Positions 1 through 9,452 of a stretch of 64,000 nt of DNA are shown piece after piece. Source of the stretch: Deltaproteobacteria bacterium (GTDB lineage Bacteria > Bdellovibrionota > FAC87 > UBA2466); NCBI GenBank assembly GCA_900299195.1, contig OMIX01000098.1, forward strand, positions 27,302-91,301, written 5' to 3'. The notes under the pieces are model-generated. The model was not told where the DNA came from and ran no database searches. It saw nothing but the letters and a program-made list of their open reading frames with translations. Made by a program: the position numbers and the translations under genes. Each line of letters starts with the position of its first letter. Within the stretch, counting starts at the first letter, position 1.

Positions 1-621
<621 letters not shown>

Positions 622-771
622 AAGTTTGTTAAGAAGCAAGCTTCTTAACTTAAGACTTTTTCTGAAGCGAAACCTTCTGGTTTCGTTCAAATGAATTTTA
701 TGTGGCCCGTACTTTAATTTCTTTGGCGTCACTGCTATTTAGTTTTCAAAGACCATTTCTGGAGACCCAGG

Positions 772-800
772 TTTGTATGTTTCCTGGGTTACAGTGTCAA
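772..800 (-). promoter_or_regulatory. Candidate sigma-70 rRNA promoter: -35 TTGACA (reverse complement of 795-800), 17-bp spacer, -10 TACAAA (reverse complement of 772-777), with an upstream A-tract (UP-like)
   Basis: The minus-strand sequence reads AAAAAAAGTAGTTGACActgtaacccaggaaacaTACAAA, about 150 nt upstream of the mature 16S 5' end. Confidence 0.35.
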
Positions 801-965
801 CTACTTTTTTTGGACTTTCTTACGGCTGTTTTACCGGGGAAAGCTGAAGAATAAGTAGGAACAACAACAGGCGCTAATCTATTGATTTCTTCCCAAAAGG
901 CAAGCGAAAGAATAAAAATATTTCAATATTTTGAATTTAGGGGTTTGTGGGGGTAATTTATAGCT

Positions 966-1961
966 ATGAATAACTTTATCATTGTGGGCGGGGGTATCAA
1001 CGGCATCTTGTTGGCAGGACTTCTCGAGAGAAGGGGAGTTGCTTTTCAAGGGCTGGAAAAATTAAAGTCATTGGGGAAGGAGAACTTGTTCGGTCAATTC
1101 CGATTGTATCAGGACAACTCCGTGAGTTTGGTTAAGGAACTAAATGATACGATCCAATGGAGCAGAGTCGAAGAACAAACCCAGGAGAGAAAAAAAGGAG
1201 AGTGGGTTGCTGCTCACAGTGATTTTATCGACGAAGAAAAAGCTTTCTTGGGAAGCCCTTTTTATCAACCTAATGATTCTCTCAAAGGAATCACAACAGC
1301 GTTAATCAATTCTATTGCTCATAAATTTCAAACAGAAAAAGAAGTCGAGATCATCGACACTGACAAAAGAATGGTTACTTGCACAGACGGAACACAATAT
1401 TTTTACGAAAAGATGGCCTGGTGCGCGGACTTAAAGAGCCTACTCAAAATAGTAAAAACTCCGGCTAAGATTTCCTTTAAAAAAAGCAAGAAGAACGAAG
1501 ACTCTCAAGGCGGGATTCATTTGGAGTTGGAGGTCACAAACGCTTTGTTTCCCTTTCAAGGGTCCGTAGTATTCCCTTTTAGATATAAAGACTACAAATT
1601 GAGGGCCCTTGGAATGAGTGCCCCCAACGCAACCTCCAATAGTTCGAGCCAAAAAGTTCATTGGATTGTATTTCTTGAAAGAGAGCTTGCTGAAGATAGA
1701 GAAGAAGTAGCCAAAGTAATCCGTGCTTTAAAACGCGAGCTACTAAAAGACTTCCCTGAACTTAAACCACTAATTACAAAAGAAAAAATTGTATTTCATC
1801 CCAAATTGGACTCCTACACTGCAACCGAGGTTAAAGGACTAGAGTTGTTTCCAAGTATTTTTTACATAGGTTCTGAGATTAAACTGTCAGATAGCCTGGT
1901 ATCAAACTCGCCCCTCGATCTAACACTAGAGAACTGTAAACGCTTTCAGGAGATGCTTTAA
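966..1961 (+). CDS. Hypothetical protein with an N-terminal dinucleotide-binding GxGxxG motif (IVGGGINGILLAG)
   Basis: 331-aa ORF with a Rossmann-like N-terminus. The rest of the protein is unrecognised. Confidence 0.5.
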   Translation: MNNFIIVGGGINGILLAGLLERRGVAFQGLEKLKSLGKENLFGQFRLYQDNSVSLVKELNDTIQWSRVEEQTQERKKGEWVAAHSDFIDEEKAFLGSPFYQPNDSLKGITTALINSIAHKFQTEKEVEIIDTDKRMVTCTDGTQYFYEKMAWCADLKSLLKIVKTPAKISFKKSKKNEDSQGGIHLELEVTNALFPFQGSVVFPFRYKDYKLRALGMSAPNATSNSSSQKVHWIVFLERELAEDREEVAKVIRALKRELLKDFPELKPLITKEKIVFHPKLDSYTATEVKGLELFPSIFYIGSEIKLSDSLVSNSPLDLTLENCKRFQEML

Positions 1962-2054
1962 GGAGTTGAATCCCCTAAATTTAAGAGGTATTAAAGGGTA
2001 AGGTGGCACAGTCAGATTTTTTCTGATTGTGTAGTTTAGTAAGCTTGAGAGGGA

Positions 2055-2924
2055 GTGATGGGGGAACTTACAAAAAACGATTCTATCCCCAACTTGTTTG
2101 ATTACTTCGACTACAGAGAATATCTGCAGGACTACTATTTATTTCACAAAAAGCGCAATTCTGCTTACAGCTATCGCCTGTTTGCCCGAAAAGCTAAACT
2201 TGGTTCCCCAAACTATCTTAAACTGGTTGTCGACGGAAAACGCAGAATAACCGATAGAACACTATTTCAATTTGCTCGCGGTTTAGGTTTAAACAAAGAC
2301 GAGGAAAAGTATTTTAGAGAGCTGGTAATGTACCAAGAGGTTTCTGATCCTGATAGCAAAGAGGGTCACTTGAAATCTCTTCTGAAATACCAAGAAAAGC
2401 AAAGAACTCCAACACCCCTTCGAGCCGAGAGAATTAAGTTTCTACTAGAATGGCACCATGGTGTTGTGCGCGAGCTCATCAATTTGAAAGATTTCAATGA
2501 AAATCCGAAATGGATCGCAAGTAGATTGGGAAACAAGATCTCAGAAGAACAAGCCAGAGAAAGTTTGGACCTTTTATTACGTTTAGGAATGTTGGTTCGC
2601 AATGAAAATGGAAAACTAGAACAAAAGGAACCCTTGCTCACTAGTTCTGATGAGGTGCCCTCACATGTTTTAAGAAGTCTTCACCGAACTTTTTTGAGAA
2701 AGGCTATTAACTCCATCTTTTCGATACCTATCGATAAGAGAGAGTTATCGGGTCTGGTCATTTCTGTTTCCTCTCAACACATGAAAGAAATTAAAGAGGA
2801 AATCAAAGAGTTTAGAAAAAAGTTGAATCGAAAATATGGCCTCGAAAAGGCAGCGGATGATGTTTACTATGTAGGCTTGTATTCGTTTCCTTTAACTCAA
2901 GGAGCAAAGAAGAATGAAAGCTAA
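2055..2924 (+). CDS. Hypothetical protein resembling the TIGR02147 paralogous family (Fibrobacter/Bdellovibrio type)
   Basis: N-terminal DYFDYREYLQDYY...KKRN..YSYRLFARKAKLGSPNYLKLVVDGKRRIT is the pattern I recall for TIGR02147. Needs an HMM check. Confidence 0.5.
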   Translation: MMGELTKNDSIPNLFDYFDYREYLQDYYLFHKKRNSAYSYRLFARKAKLGSPNYLKLVVDGKRRITDRTLFQFARGLGLNKDEEKYFRELVMYQEVSDPDSKEGHLKSLLKYQEKQRTPTPLRAERIKFLLEWHHGVVRELINLKDFNENPKWIASRLGNKISEEQARESLDLLLRLGMLVRNENGKLEQKEPLLTSSDEVPSHVLRSLHRTFLRKAINSIFSIPIDKRELSGLVISVSSQHMKEIKEEIKEFRKKLNRKYGLEKAADDVYYVGLYSFPLTQGAKKNES

Positions 2925-3423
2925 AAAAGAGAAATTCAACGTCCTGACTGGCTTGGCTTTGTTCTTCTTAATCTCTAGGATAGCTTTTTCGGGTTTTGAA
3001 ATTGGAAACGGGAAGAAAGTCGTTAAAAATACCCCCGGTAGTTATGAATTCATTATCCCAGACACTTTAGAAGTTGGGTTCTCTAACAGGTTTACCGAGG
3101 TAATTGCGCCATTGTTTGATGGGACACCGAGAGCAAAACTCCAAATCAATATTGTAAAGAACAACTCCATCGGAAGTTTTTCGGATCTAGTGAATAGTAT
3201 TGGAACAGATACCAACTGGACTAGAGTATCCCTAGCGGGTTACGACGGAATAAAAAGTGAATTAGTTCTACCTACCAAGCTTCATCAATTAGAATATAGA
3301 TTGTTTTTTAAAGAATTCGAATTACTCGTCATTAATGTGGAAGGAATTCCTAGATACTCCCCAAAATCGACCTTCGAACAGTTGCAGAAGGCTTTGGACA
3401 CTTTAAAAATTAATCCCAAATAA
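2914..3423 (+). CDS. Secreted hypothetical protein (N-terminal signal/TM)
   Basis: 169-aa ORF overlapping the upstream gene by 11 nt, consistent with an operon. Hydrophobic N-terminus LTGLALFFLISRIAFSG. Confidence 0.5.
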   Translation: MKAKKEKFNVLTGLALFFLISRIAFSGFEIGNGKKVVKNTPGSYEFIIPDTLEVGFSNRFTEVIAPLFDGTPRAKLQINIVKNNSIGSFSDLVNSIGTDTNWTRVSLAGYDGIKSELVLPTKLHQLEYRLFFKEFELLVINVEGIPRYSPKSTFEQLQKALDTLKINPK

Positions 3424-3546
3424 AAGATTATTCTTTTAAAAACTTAGAGCGTACCCCTTAACTCAATTTCTAAGAAACCCAAGCTGAAATCAAGTTATGA
3501 AATACGCTCTAAAAGATACACCGAACAATCTAGTAGACGGTTAAAG

Positions 3547-3990
3547 TTATTCTTTAACTACCCAAACTTTGGTGTTTGCAACGACGTCTTCAAAAACCCG
3601 AATAGGCACAGTGTAAACACCTAATGCCTTAATGGGATCAGTAAGAAGAATATCTTTTTTATCGATTGTGAACCCTTCGTTTCCAAAAGCTTTCTCGATA
3701 TCTTGATTTGTTACTGAACCAAAAAGCTTGTCATTTTCACCCACTTTTTTGGCGATAGAGCAGGAAATTTTCTCAAGCTTGGCTTTGATGGTTTCGGCTT
3801 CTTTAACTCTCTTTGCTCGCTTGGATTCCATGAGCCTTTTTTCATGTTCAAATTGTTTTAAATTATTTCCAGTTGCAGGAATCGCTAGATTTCTCGGCAA
3901 GAGAAAGTTTCTAGCATATCCCGGTGCTACATTAACGATTGTTCCTGCAGAACCAAGATTACTCATGTCCTCGCGTAATATTACTTTCAT
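3547..3990 (-). CDS. rplI: 50S ribosomal protein L9
   Basis: MKVILREDMSNLGSAGTIVNVAPGYARNFLLP is the canonical L9 N-terminus. Last gene of the rpsF operon. Confidence 0.9.
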   Translation of the reverse strand: MKVILREDMSNLGSAGTIVNVAPGYARNFLLPRNLAIPATGNNLKQFEHEKRLMESKRAKRVKEAETIKAKLEKISCSIAKKVGENDKLFGSVTNQDIEKAFGNEGFTIDKKDILLTDPIKALGVYTVPIRVFEDVVANTKVWVVKE

Positions 3991-4916
3991 ATTTGTTCCT
4001 CCAAATTTTCTTTAAGGATTTGTGGTGAAATCCTATTTCTTCTTAATATCCAAGGACTCATAATGCCCATTCCCACCAAAGCATAAAAGCCCAACACTGT
4101 CGCCACTATGTAAATCAGAGTTCGTATACCTTTTCGAACATTTCTCTGTTGTAACAACACAGCTAAACAAACAGACCCTTGAATGAACATAAATCCACTC
4201 AAAACTCTAAAGATACCGCCCAAAACATACTGTTCATTGGACCTGCCCACCAAGGTTGAGACAAATGACACAACAAAAGCTATGTTTAGCCATCTGGGCA
4301 ATTGAAGACTTTTAAGACGCCCTGAACAATAAATGTTTTCAGAACTCTTGAACCACTCAAAATGAGCGGCAGAGCCTAGCGCTATCCAAATCGACATTAG
4401 AGTGGCAGAAAGATATAAAAACGGTCCCTCAAAAAGAATTAAATCCTTGAGCGCCGTCCAATTCATAGCCTGCCCAATTGGATTTCCAACCTGTAACTTT
4501 TCCATCAGGCTGGACACCCAACTCATCCAAAACTCAGAAATACCTTTGTTTTGAGTTAGGGATCCCCAAACCACACAGCCCAACGCAACCGCGAGAGCTA
4601 AAGCCAAGGACTGAGAAAGCATCTGAAAGGGTTTTACTTGTCTTTCCACGCTGTCTGCCACAAACAAACCTACAACAAATCCAATGACGACTTGAGATAC
4701 CGGCACTTCTAAAAACAGAAGAGCTAGTACCGCGCCACCTAAACTTGCTATTTTGGACCAGGGATTAGAAAAACGACTATGGGAATAAATCATTACCATG
4801 GGCGAAAAAACCCATGTGGCTACCCCCACTGAGACCAAAAACATCTGCGAAATCAGGGCAAAAATATCCACTGATTTTACTTCAATTGGGTCTTCTCTGT
4901 CGTTTACTACTCTCAT
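3987..4916 (-). CDS. Polytopic membrane protein, YybS/DUF2232-like
   Basis: 309-aa multi-TM protein in the conserved position between rpsR and rplI, as for yybS in Firmicutes. Overlaps rplI by 4 nt. Confidence 0.5.
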   Translation of the reverse strand: MRVVNDREDPIEVKSVDIFALISQMFLVSVGVATWVFSPMVMIYSHSRFSNPWSKIASLGGAVLALLFLEVPVSQVVIGFVVGLFVADSVERQVKPFQMLSQSLALALAVALGCVVWGSLTQNKGISEFWMSWVSSLMEKLQVGNPIGQAMNWTALKDLILFEGPFLYLSATLMSIWIALGSAAHFEWFKSSENIYCSGRLKSLQLPRWLNIAFVVSFVSTLVGRSNEQYVLGGIFRVLSGFMFIQGSVCLAVLLQQRNVRKGIRTLIYIVATVLGFYALVGMGIMSPWILRRNRISPQILKENLEEQI

Positions 4917-4921
4917 GGATC

Positions 4922-5221
4922 CTAGTTTTGTGCCGAGCTGTATAGAACTAAAGCTAAATGTCGAGACCGCTTAATGGCTGTTGTTAGTTCACGCTGGTGA
5001 GCTGCACACAACCCTGAAATTCTTCTGGGTACGATTTTAGCTCTCTCGGTGATAAATGAACTTAGAGTTGGCTTATCTTTGTAATCAATCATAAAGCCAG
5101 GCTCTGTACAGAACCGACAGCCTTTTCTTTTTTGAAAACTGCGTTTTTCTCCTCCACGGTCACCAAAGTCACCGCCCCTATCAAATCCTCGATCATTATT
5201 CTTGTTTTCGAACCTTTTCAT
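4922..5221 (-). CDS. rpsR: 30S ribosomal protein S18 with a ~30-aa Arg/Gly-rich N-terminal extension
   Basis: C-terminal CRFCTE...IDYKD...LSSFITERAKIVPRRISGLCAAHQRELTTAIKRSRHLAL is S18. The N-terminus DRGFDRGGDFGDRGGEKR carries RGG repeats. Confidence 0.85.
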   Translation of the reverse strand: MKRFENKNNDRGFDRGGDFGDRGGEKRSFQKRKGCRFCTEPGFMIDYKDKPTLSSFITERAKIVPRRISGLCAAHQRELTTAIKRSRHLALVLYSSAQN

Positions 5222-5529
5222 TTTTGTTCCTCCAAATTTTCTAAAACAATTTTTATTTCATCAACTTTTCCGCCGGACCTATCTGAGTACATTCTCTGGT
5301 AGAGACTTCCTTTTATCGAAAGTGGCATCCCTATTTTTAACCTTCCCTTTAAGTCTTCAGCTAACCTATCTGCAACAACCACCGGAAAATACCCGATGGA
5401 AACCTTTTCATAGGCTTTCTGTTCCACAGCTAAAGTAAACTCTAGCAGGGCCAGACCTGAAGGACTGTACTTCAGGTGTCCGACTCGACTAATCTTTCCG
5501 GTTAGTAGAACTTGGTTCAACTTTTCCAC
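5218..5529 (-). CDS. Short SSB-fold protein, PriB-like (primosomal replication protein N candidate), no acidic C-terminal tail
   Basis: 103 aa, sits between rpsF and rpsR exactly as priB does in E. coli. VLLTGKISRVGHLKYSPSGLALLEFTLAVE resembles PriB [29 protein letters not shown], and FPVVVAD resembles MPVIVSG. Confidence 0.55.
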   Translation of the reverse strand: MEKLNQVLLTGKISRVGHLKYSPSGLALLEFTLAVEQKAYEKVSIGYFPVVVADRLAEDLKGRLKIGMPLSIKGSLYQRMYSDRSGGKVDEIKIVLENLEEQK

Positions 5530-5560
5530 CTAAAAAGCTAGTCGTTGTCGACAATTACCA

Positions 5561-5965
5561 CTACTGCATTCTTTCTCGTTTTTTCTGCTCTTTGAACTCG
5601 CGATTTTTTCTCAGTTCTTCTTCAGCTGCAGTGATTTGCTGTTTTACCTTGTTAAAATCGTAATCAGCAGTTTGAGCAACAGTTAAAAAACGAATCACAT
5701 CATCAGAAATTCTAAAGTGACGCTCAATTTCTTCTACCACTCCACCTTTGCCGGTATAAACGATAGTAGAATATCGTCCAGAACGTTCTTTTTTGATCTC
5801 ATAGGCCAATTCTTTGATCCCAGCATCTTCTCGATGCTTAAGAACCCCTTGAAACTTGGAGATCACATTATCAATTTTCTGATGAATATTTTGAGCCTCG
5901 GAATCTGAAAGGCCGGGTCTCAAAATGTACACGGTTTCATAAGTATAGGAACTTGGATATGACAT
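5561..5965 (-). CDS. rpsF: 30S ribosomal protein S6
   Basis: YETVYILRPGLSDSEAQ...KFQGVL...GIKELAYEIKK is the S6 signature. First gene of the operon. Confidence 0.9.
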   Translation of the reverse strand: MSYPSSYTYETVYILRPGLSDSEAQNIHQKIDNVISKFQGVLKHREDAGIKELAYEIKKERSGRYSTIVYTGKGGVVEEIERHFRISDDVIRFLTVAQTADYDFNKVKQQITAAEEELRKNREFKEQKKRERMQ

Positions 5966-6070
5966 TTTTTCTCCTCTCGGTCAGCGATCCACTATGGACC
6001 CCAGGCCCTAAAACTAAATTAGAGCAAGGATGACACAACTAGGCTATGAACTATCAGGATTGGGTAGGTT

Positions 6071-6796
6071 TTACAACTCTAATTCAATGATTTCGGGGTT
6101 CTCGAGGCGTAAAAGATTTTCTCCTAGAACCCGATGGCTCGGGTCATTTACTGTGGTTCGCAGGGCCTCAATCAAATTAGCCAACGGACTATCTAAAGGA
6201 CTGAAATCAATGACCTTAAGCTCAAAAAAGGCCGCGTTAGTTCCGAAAAACTGCCTTAAATCACTCGGAGCCAACTTTCTCAGACTATAGCTCTCCACTA
6301 AATCGTCCAAAGCTCTTAAAGTCCCGACCCGAACCAACTTCTTGCGAACAAAATGAAAAAGCAGAGGAATAGACTCACCATTACCATGTACCCAAAGAGC
6401 ACTCAGTTCAAATCGTGAAAGCTCCTGTTCAAGTTGATGACTTAGATAACTCAATTGCTCAACTTGGGACTCAAACTCTACCGGACTCAACCGGATCAAT
6501 AAATGGGGACGAGCCCGTGAGAACAGAATACAGAAAGGAAAGGGAACGAGTTTTTCAAAAATAGACTCCCCTTTATAAGCCTTTTCTGGGGGGAGGGAGG
6601 AAGATGCGGGTTCCACAATGATTTTATTGTCTCCCGTATTTCCCGTCTGAGGGTTCCAGCTTTGAGAAAAAACGGTTTCGCCTGCTAGGTTTTCTATCCA
6701 CGTCAGAGGGACCTGAGCCAAACCCAAAGCGGTTGAAATTCTATTAATATCCTCAAGCTGAAGATTAGGAGTAAAATATTTGGATAACCTAGCCAT
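6071..6796 (-). CDS. Hypothetical protein (241 aa), co-directional with and overlapping the upstream gene by 8 nt
   Basis: ORF only. No recognisable motifs. Confidence 0.45.
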   Translation of the reverse strand: MARLSKYFTPNLQLEDINRISTALGLAQVPLTWIENLAGETVFSQSWNPQTGNTGDNKIIVEPASSSLPPEKAYKGESIFEKLVPFPFCILFSRARPHLLIRLSPVEFESQVEQLSYLSHQLEQELSRFELSALWVHGNGESIPLLFHFVRKKLVRVGTLRALDDLVESYSLRKLAPSDLRQFFGTNAAFFELKVIDFSPLDSPLANLIEALRTTVNDPSHRVLGENLLRLENPEIIELEL

Positions 6797-8102
6797 CTAT
6801 TTCCCCTTGGTGTTGGGAGATCAAAGTGTCGACTAGTTTTTCAATAGCCCCCACAGATTGAAAAGTTGAGGTTTGAACAGGGCAGTAGAAAAAGCCCCCA
6901 CTTTTAGAAACTTTAAACCAATCTATTCCGTGAAACTTAACTACAGTTCGGTTTCCCACAGCATTAAAATCAAAGCTCTCAAGATTTTCATCAAATTGTG
7001 GAACTCCCATGGGAAAAAAGAGATGCTTCCCTTGATTGACCCATTCTCCCAACATAGCTGCCTGTTTATTCTGCATATATTTCCCAGTGATCACCAATCC
7101 ACATGGGTGGTCCCCGAAAGATTGAGGCGACAAAAGATGGGAAAAAGTAAAATCAACCGGCCTAATTTTGCATAGATCAAAACAGGAGCTGGCCCATTGA
7201 AAAGCTTGCACTGCTGAAGAGCTTATTTGACTTCCAATCATAAGAGGACTCAAGGAATTAGAATTGCCTACTTGAATTAAAGTGCTCTCAAAACAAATAC
7301 CCAAGTTAGACTGAACGCTAGACGAAACCTTCGTTGAACCTGCTGTTTTACCCAAAACGCTCCGGACTCGATCGGGAATTTTTTTAGTTACTATTTCTTG
7401 TGAATAGTTCTCGACTATTTGTTGACGGCACCATTGATAATCATGGGCAAATAGCCAAGGTCTTTTACCATCAGCAATTTTAGATCCCGATTGGGTCGTA
7501 AGTGCACTTAAGTTTTTAAAGTGGGTTTGGAACCTGCGGTTAAATTCATCTAAACTACAGTATCTCGATTCCAAATGTTCTACATACTCGGGAGCTGTAA
7601 TAAGAGATTGAGAAAATTCCAGAGGACCTAAATCCAAAACTAGTTTAGTAATGGGTCCTTCCGGTGCGATATACAAACTCAAAATTGGAATCAAATCATC
7701 CAAAAACGATAAAAATCCCTCTTTCACCTTTGAGGCTCGCGGGGATGGGACACTAAGTTTGGCAAAGTAGGGCGGAACGCCTTGCCAAAATACGTGGGGA
7801 ATATCTTCTCTAAGAGACTCCTCCGAAATCCACGCTGGGAAACATTGGGGATGAAAAGGAAACCCCAGAATAATTTCAACTCTAACTCCCAGCTCTTGAG
7901 CAATCGAAAGAAGCTTTTCAATTCTTAGCCGACTTTGTTTTGAGAAGTCACTCATTCCCGGAGACTGCTCGTGAACCCCCCACAAAATAGGCACCCTAAG
8001 ATCGCAAACTCCCGATTTTATTTTCTCACTTAGTAACGAAGACCATTCATGGGGTGCCTCATCCCAGTATTCGAAAAATGGATTGGACGAGTTTTTTTTC
8101 AT
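6789..8102 (-). CDS. Cytoplasmic glycoside-hydrolase-like TIM-barrel protein (clan GH-A, GH42/GH35-like N-terminus)
   Basis: WGVHEQSPGMSDFSKQSRLRIEKLLSIAQELGVRVEIILGFP...PAW matches the W..EP.pG.yDF....l..l...a...Gl.vil pattern of GH-A barrels. No signal peptide. 22 nt downstream of lpxH on the same strand. Confidence 0.4.
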   Translation of the reverse strand: MKKNSSNPFFEYWDEAPHEWSSLLSEKIKSGVCDLRVPILWGVHEQSPGMSDFSKQSRLRIEKLLSIAQELGVRVEIILGFPFHPQCFPAWISEESLREDIPHVFWQGVPPYFAKLSVPSPRASKVKEGFLSFLDDLIPILSLYIAPEGPITKLVLDLGPLEFSQSLITAPEYVEHLESRYCSLDEFNRRFQTHFKNLSALTTQSGSKIADGKRPWLFAHDYQWCRQQIVENYSQEIVTKKIPDRVRSVLGKTAGSTKVSSSVQSNLGICFESTLIQVGNSNSLSPLMIGSQISSSAVQAFQWASSCFDLCKIRPVDFTFSHLLSPQSFGDHPCGLVITGKYMQNKQAAMLGEWVNQGKHLFFPMGVPQFDENLESFDFNAVGNRTVVKFHGIDWFKVSKSGGFFYCPVQTSTFQSVGAIEKLVDTLISQHQGEIDG

Positions 8103-8124
8103 GGGTCTTGTCTGCGATGGTTTT

Positions 8125-8865
8125 TTAAAACTCAGTTAAAGGATGTTTCCTAGTATAAAACTCTCCATCATCAAACTCAAGGTAAGTAAAATTTTTAACC
8201 CAATCACCCGTATTGTAATAATAACAAAGCCTATCAGAAACCTGATGATTAAACTCATCCGGAACGTGAGTGTGCCCCATGACCACAACGTCATAGCCCT
8301 TTTCAAATAAATCTTTAGCGGTATCGCGATAGGTTTTACGAATTTGCTCTATCTTCGAATCGCTGGTTTTCTGATAATTACGACTGGCTTGAGAAGTTTT
8401 CTGTCCCAAAAGAAATATCAGTTTGCCAGGAATGGGTTTAATTAAAAAATGCAGCCAATCACTACGTAACAACTTCCTTAAAATGCGATAGCTTTTTTCA
8501 GAGGGATTACCAAGATCTCCATGAGCAATGAATACTTTTCGGTTGTTCCACACCGCCTCGAAGGAATAGGGATAAACTTTGATTCCTACCCTTTCAGTAA
8601 AGTATTTTCCCAGTCGAAAATCATGATTTCCTTCGATGTAGTGAATAGAACAGCCCTGGTTAATTAGACTTCTAAAAACATCCAGCACCGGAGAAAAGTA
8701 TGAGATGAGATAATTTGTAGTCCCCGGCCAAACATCAAATAAGTCTCCAAGAATAAAAAGATGATCTACTTGGCTAGCTTTTGATTGAAGAAACTCTAAA
8801 ACTGCGCGAGTTTTTTTTCCATTGGCATCTTGTAAATGAACATCAGAAATGAACAGGGCTTTCAT
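8125..8865 (-). CDS. lpxH: UDP-2,3-diacylglucosamine pyrophosphatase LpxH (calcineurin-like metallophosphoesterase)
   Basis: MKALFISDVHL...VDHLFILGDLFDVWPG is closely similar to E. coli LpxH MATLFIADLHL...ALYILGDLFEAWIG. GNHD motif present. Confidence 0.7.
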   Translation of the reverse strand: MKALFISDVHLQDANGKKTRAVLEFLQSKASQVDHLFILGDLFDVWPGTTNYLISYFSPVLDVFRSLINQGCSIHYIEGNHDFRLGKYFTERVGIKVYPYSFEAVWNNRKVFIAHGDLGNPSEKSYRILRKLLRSDWLHFLIKPIPGKLIFLLGQKTSQASRNYQKTSDSKIEQIRKTYRDTAKDLFEKGYDVVVMGHTHVPDEFNHQVSDRLCYYYNTGDWVKNFTYLEFDDGEFYTRKHPLTEF

Positions 8866-8922
8866 TAGGTTTTAGTTATCATGAAACGAAGAACGAGAAA
8901 AGCTGCGCTTGGTTGGAAGATG

Positions 8923-9183
8923 TTATTTATTCTTCTTGATGTTCATTTGACTGGGAATACGTTTCTTTTGCGGTGAGGGTTCCGTCATTTTCCCAAACCC
9001 TTTTTCAAACTCAAAGAGTGAACCCAAAGCAGGATCTATCGATGCCTCAGTAACTAAATTGGGAGTTTGAATAGGGCGATAAGGAACTCTGGCATTGAGG
9101 TCATTATTCATCATTAAATAAGCTGTAACAAGAGCCCCTAAAAAAACTGTTATACTATATATGTACTGAAGCCGATTTTTCAT
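8923..9183 (-). CDS. Small membrane-anchored hypothetical protein (86 aa)
   Basis: Single N-terminal TM (ITVFLGALVTAYLMM) and a Lys-rich C-terminus. ORF-only call. Confidence 0.3.
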   Translation of the reverse strand: MKNRLQYIYSITVFLGALVTAYLMMNNDLNARVPYRPIQTPNLVTEASIDPALGSLFEFEKGFGKMTEPSPQKKRIPSQMNIKKNK

Positions 9184-9452
9184 ACACCCCTAAACACTGC
9201 TGACTCACCAGCAACGACAGAAGACCACTTCACTAATATTCAAAAGACGTGCCCTGGACACATCGCTGCAAGTACTTGTTTTTAAATACGAAAATAGCTG
9301 AGGCTTGGGGATAAACTGTCAGTTTTATTAGAAGGTGCGGGGGAATACGTGAGCCAAGAAATAAGGTGTCCTGTGATAAGTGTCTGTATACAATCGTGTT
9401 TTTGATTCTAAGTTTTAAATGCCTAAAAAGTGGGCACCTGTTAAATAAAGAT

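Noticed and set aside
6030-6290. ORF 6030..6290 (+)
   Set aside because: It is almost wholly overlapped by the longer co-operonic minus-strand ORF 6071..6796, and no RBS or motif supports it.
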